Position numbers and translations under genes: made by a program. DNA of 64,000 nt from the human T2T-CHM13v2.0 reference genome, Homo sapiens, in the NCBI RefSeq assembly GCF_009914755.1, contig NC_060931.1; one strand, 5' to 3'. Below the pieces are notes generated by a model. That model searched no databases and had not been told where the DNA came from. It saw only the letters and a program-made list of their open reading frames with translations. Positions 59,570 to 64,000 of this stretch are shown piece by piece (the stretch's first letter is position 1; every line of letters begins with the position of its first letter).

Positions 59570-60600
59570 ACAAAAGTAATGCATTGCCTTTATTTAGAAA
59601 ATTGTATGACTTCATAGGAAAACATTGAAAAGATTAAATTATTTGTAAGATTTAGTATTATAAAAAAATGTATTGGCCTTTAATAAATCTATTAATTCAG
59701 TGTAATTCTAATAAAAATCAATACCAGTTCACAAAATCTGTATCATAAGAAGAGGTACAAGAATGATGAAGACATGAAGACACATTTACAGAAGAAGGCA
59801 AGCAGCCTTGCTTTACCGTGTTGTAGGGCTTATTATTAGGCCTTGATAATGAAGACCATCCTATTGCTAGAGAGAGTTAGACAAATATATCACAGGGAAA
59901 GAGAGAGCCTGGGGAACAGATCTGTGAATATTGACAAAAACTTTATATTTGATCAATGTATTATTATAGATTAGTGGGATGCTATGGTTTAAATGTGTAC
60001 GTTCCTCCAAAATTCATATGATGAAATTGAAACTGCCTGTTAAACTTGGGCAAAGCTTTTTATCTAGCAATCAGACTTGGAGATACAGAAACGCTTGCAG
60101 ATACTTACTAGAAAACTGAATGAAAGTGTGTATGTTAGAATTGTGCTAGTAAAATATCATATGCAAGCCAAATACCCATCAACAGGGGAATGAATAAATT
60201 GTAGTACATTAATATAATTTGGTATTATAGAGCTATGAAGTGTGTTGAACTGGCATTATGTGGATGTATCACATAGTATTTAAACAAAAATAGGTTGGAG
60301 AAGACATATAATGCTATTTCCAACATTTTTATAAAGGTCAAAACAGATAAACCTAAAAAATAAGGAAACATTCAAATGTAATAAAATTATAAAGGTAAGA
60401 AATGTTAAACATAAAATTCGGGGTAATACCTACATCATTGAGAGTGGGAGGGAGAGAAATGGTGAGGAAAACATGGGGAAATTTAATTGAATAGGTAAAG
60501 TTCTATTTATTAAGTTGGGTAATGGGTACATGTCTTGACCATAATTTCATTATCATTTATATATGCAGAATATAATCTTGGAGATATTTTGTGCTTACTT
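59570..60600 (+). mobile_element. Old L1ME-like fragments
   Basis: 'aaatacccatcaacaggggaatgaataaattgtagtacatt'. Confidence 0.6.
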
Positions 60601-60905
60601 TATATATATAAGTCATTTTTAAATATATGAAATCACAAATCAAGTAATAAAATTTGCTTTTTGTTTATCAAATTTATATGGTATCTTTTGACTCCTATGG
60701 TAAAAACTACAGGATTTTGTGCAATTGGTTATATTCCTTGTCACTTTTCCTTCTCTGAACCCTGATATTTATTAGATTACTATATTTATGTTGTCAACTA
60801 TTATAACATTTTCTGTTTTAATTGCATTGAAGCTGACTGAGCTTTCTCTAAAGGTTGAGTGTGAATATTTAACTGCAGTAAACATTTACATTTTCATCAC
60901 TTTAA

Positions 60906-61198
60906 GGTGGCTCACATCTGTAAGCCCAGCACTTTGGGAGTCTGAGGCTTGTGGATCACCTGAGGTCAGGATATCAAGACCAACCTGGCCAACATGGTGA
61001 AACCCCATCTCTACTAAAAATACAAAAATTAGTCAAGCATGGTGGCGGGTACCTGCAATCCCAGCTGCTCCAGAGGCTGAGACAGGAGAATTGCTTGAAC
61101 CTGGGAGGCGGAGGCTGCAGTGAGCCAAGATCGCACTACTGTACTCCAGCCTGGGTGACAGAGCAAGACTCTGTCTCAAAAAAAAAAAAAAAAAAAAA
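60906..61198 (+). mobile_element. AluSx/Sq-like, slightly 5'-truncated
   Basis: 'ggatcacctgaggtcagg' and A21 tail. Confidence 0.95.
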
Positions 61199-61952
61199 TT
61201 ATACACAGCGGAATCACGTAATGTGGTTGCAGTATGGAGTCGTTATGTACACTCTACTACTTGAACATAAATTTAAAATGTTATGGTCCCACAGATTAGC
61301 CTCAATTGTTTTGAATTCATCAGTAATTGTCAAACTTGATTGCGCATTAGAGTTACCTTGGGAACTTTGAAAAATGTTGATAACTGAGTGCCACTCTTAG
61401 AGATTCTGATTTTTTTTCCAGCCAGGTTTGAGGGTAGAAAATTTAGGTACAGGATTAAAAATTTTACAGTCAATTCTAATCTAGTTATACCATGATTCAT
61501 TAGCTATTATTTCTATTAAAGAGTATCCCATATTTTCTTCTTATTAAAAAACATTTCTTCATTTTTTTTAGCTTTCTACTGAATTTTCTTCAGTAAATCT
61601 TTCTTTTTCTGGATGATATGTAAGTTTCAGAGTACTTGCCTATTTGAAAATTTCTCATTTTGGTCTTGTATATTTGACTGACAGCTTATCTGAGTATACA
61701 TTTCTTAGGGCAAAAACACATTCAAAGAAATTGTATTTCAACATCCAGTAATGCTGAGAAGTGTGATGTCAGTTTGCTTTTTAAATTATGTGGATTTATG
61801 TCAATTGTTAAAGTTTTTAATATTTTGTCTTCATTCTTGGAGTTCTAAGTTCAACAGTGTGTCTTGCTGTAGGTATTTATTATTCTTAGCACTAGGTAGC
61901 TTCTTTCAATATGAATACTATTATCCTATATTCGCTCTGGAAAATATCTTCT

Positions 61953-61953
<1 letters not shown>

Positions 61954-61991
<38 letters not shown>
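61954..61991. repeat. Poly(T)38
   Basis: Direct reading. Confidence 0.95.
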
Positions 61992-61994
<3 letters not shown>

Positions 61995-62045
61995 AATCTC
62001 TAGACCTCCTTTTCTCCATCTGTTCTCTATTTCTGAAACTTTGTT

Positions 62046-62295
62046 ACAGCAATATCCAATAAACATGTAAGGAAAGACATTTATATAATTTTAAATTTTC
62101 TTGTAGCCACATTTAAAAACTAAAAAGTAACCACTGAAAATAGTTCAAATACATTTAAATGTAACACATAAAAATAATTTAAATTTTATATAATTTTATA
62201 TAAAATTTATTAAACATGTAGATAATATGAAATTTATTGAGACATTTTGCATTATTGTAATTTTTGTTATTAAGTTTTTGTGCATTTTACACTCT
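62046..62295. mobile_element. MER33-like hAT element
   Basis: 'ataattttaaattttcttgtagccacatttaaaaa'. Confidence 0.7.
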
Positions 62296-62652
62296 CTGTA
62301 TTTCCTCCCACCCCTCTTCTCTCCTTTTTCTCCTTTCCCTTCTCTTCCCTTCCTCCCCTCTGTCCCTTCCCTCCTTTCTTTATATATCATACATTCGTTT
62401 GCCAATAATTATGTCATATTTTGTCTTGTTCATGGGTGCAATATTTCCTCAAATCTATCTTGGGTGAAACATTATTGTCACTTCCTATTCATGAATGAAG
62501 CATGTGAGTGATTAGTACAGGTGATGGGTATGTCCCATGGAAAAGATGACCATCTGTTCCACATAAATATCATGCTGACAGGAGGTCTTCTCTTGAGCTG
62601 CAGTAGAGGTGAAGAAGGCAGAGGTTTTGAAGTTGAGGATTTTAATCTGGAG

Positions 62653-62677
62653 TGTGTGTGTGTGTGTGTGTGTGTGT
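62653..62677. repeat. (TG)n microsatellite
   Basis: Direct reading. Confidence 0.95.
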
Positions 62678-62723
62678 GGTGTAGCTCTTGGACTATGAAT
62701 TCCCTGGGAATGGAGAACATGTC

Positions 62724-62821
62724 TCCTTTTCTCTTCCTTTCCTTTCCCTTCCCTTCCTTTCCTTTCCCTTCCCTTCCCTTCCCTTCCCTTCCCTTCCCTT
62801 CCCTTCCCTTCCTTTTTTTTT
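62724..62821. repeat. (CCCTT)n polypyrimidine tract derived from the Alu tail
   Basis: Direct reading. Confidence 0.93.
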
Positions 62822-62855
62822 GGTGAGTGGGGGAGAGGGGTAGGGGTGGGGGTGG

Positions 62856-63131
62856 CAGTTTCTCCTCTGTCACCAAGGCTGGAGGGCAGTGGTGCAATCA
62901 TAGCTCACTGTAGCCTAGACCTGTCAGGCTCAAGCAATCCTCCCACCTCAGCCTCCCGAGTAGCCAAGATTACAAGCATGTGCCACCATAGCCAGCTAAT
63001 TTTTAAAATTTTTAGTAGAGATGGAGTCTCACTGTGTTGCCAGAGCTGGTCTTGAACCCCTGGCCTCATGCAATCCTTTTGTCTTGGCTTCCCAGTGTTG
63101 GGATTACAGGCATAAGCCACTATGCCTGGCC
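62856..63131 (-). mobile_element. AluJ
   Basis: 'caatcatagctcactgtagcct', 'gctcaagcaatcctcccacctcagcc'; degenerate TSD gaacatg(t/c)ct. Confidence 0.93.
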
Positions 63132-64000
63132 TGGGAACATGCCTTTTCTATTTTTTATTATATATTGTCCAGAGTTTTACAGTTTACTTGACAGTAGGAA
63201 TTCAATAGTTTGAAATAATGAGCAATTGCTTCTTTTTATTCTTCCTTACCACTTACTTTAGTTTTCTATCTTTTGATACTTGATTTTTGCTTTTCTGTAA
63301 TCTTTTTATTTGGAAGCTACATAATTCTAACAATAGTTACCTTTGTAAGTTAAAAAGTGTTGGATTTAAAACTATATGTCAAATATAAATGTGTGTATGT
63401 ATGTAGATAAATATATATACATATAAAATGTCCAATATAAAAGTGAATGTGTTGACTCCCTTCATAACACATTGTAAAACTGATTAATTTATATTATCTC
63501 CTTTCTCTTCCTTTTTACTTCTCTTTCATTGGCATATTTATGATCTTAGTCCCAGTCCACTATTAACAATTCACTATGACTATTATAGGTTTCTTTCAGG
63601 ATTTATAAAATATACATCTGTTTGTCCTCATTATGAATAATGTTATTGACCTTCTTTTACATTCAGATTTGATGCTTTCTGCCTGGTCTTTCTACAATTA
63701 AACCACTGAATTAGAGTTTTTAAAATTCTAATGCAGCTTTTGGTTCCTAGGATTTCTCATCTTCAAATGGGTGTGAAATGAAGAAAACATTAACACTCTA
63801 TTTCCTGATTTTTTGTTTGTTTAGGAAACTGTCTTCCAACTGGAATAAAAACTTAGGTGTGTGCACAGTTTTTCAGTCACATCTTTGTTTCCGAGACATT
63901 GTAGATCAACGTCCTGGCATCTAATGTTGCTTAGGAGAGGAGTCAGAGGCTGGCTCTATTTATTTTTCTTGCTGAATGATACGCAGGTTTGGCCCAGATA

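Overview
This is AT-rich primate (very likely human) non-coding genomic DNA, intronic or intergenic, made largely of interspersed repeats. It holds eight Alus (J, S and Y types), several L1s of different ages (mostly on the minus strand), MaLR/ERVL/ERV1 LTRs (THE1, MLT1, MLT2, MER21, MER39), hAT DNA-transposon relics, MIR/L2/L3 fragments and microsatellites. It also holds a truncated class-I ERV provirus with a decayed gag and a 3' LTR. I find no intact host protein-coding exon, RNA gene or CpG island, and every ORF in the track is either repeat-derived or chance. I cannot support a novel biological system here. The best observations are DNA-repair or retrotransposition scars that can be read directly from the sequence: a 45-bp exact copy of a neighbouring L1 pasted 1.9 kb away, a fold-back insertion, a templated deletion junction, a twin-primed inverted L1 and an orphan ~260-bp insert. 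There are also candidate plus-strand micro-exons and non-B DNA motifs. Repeat subfamily names come from recalled consensus sequences, not from a search, and boundaries of old repeats are approximate.
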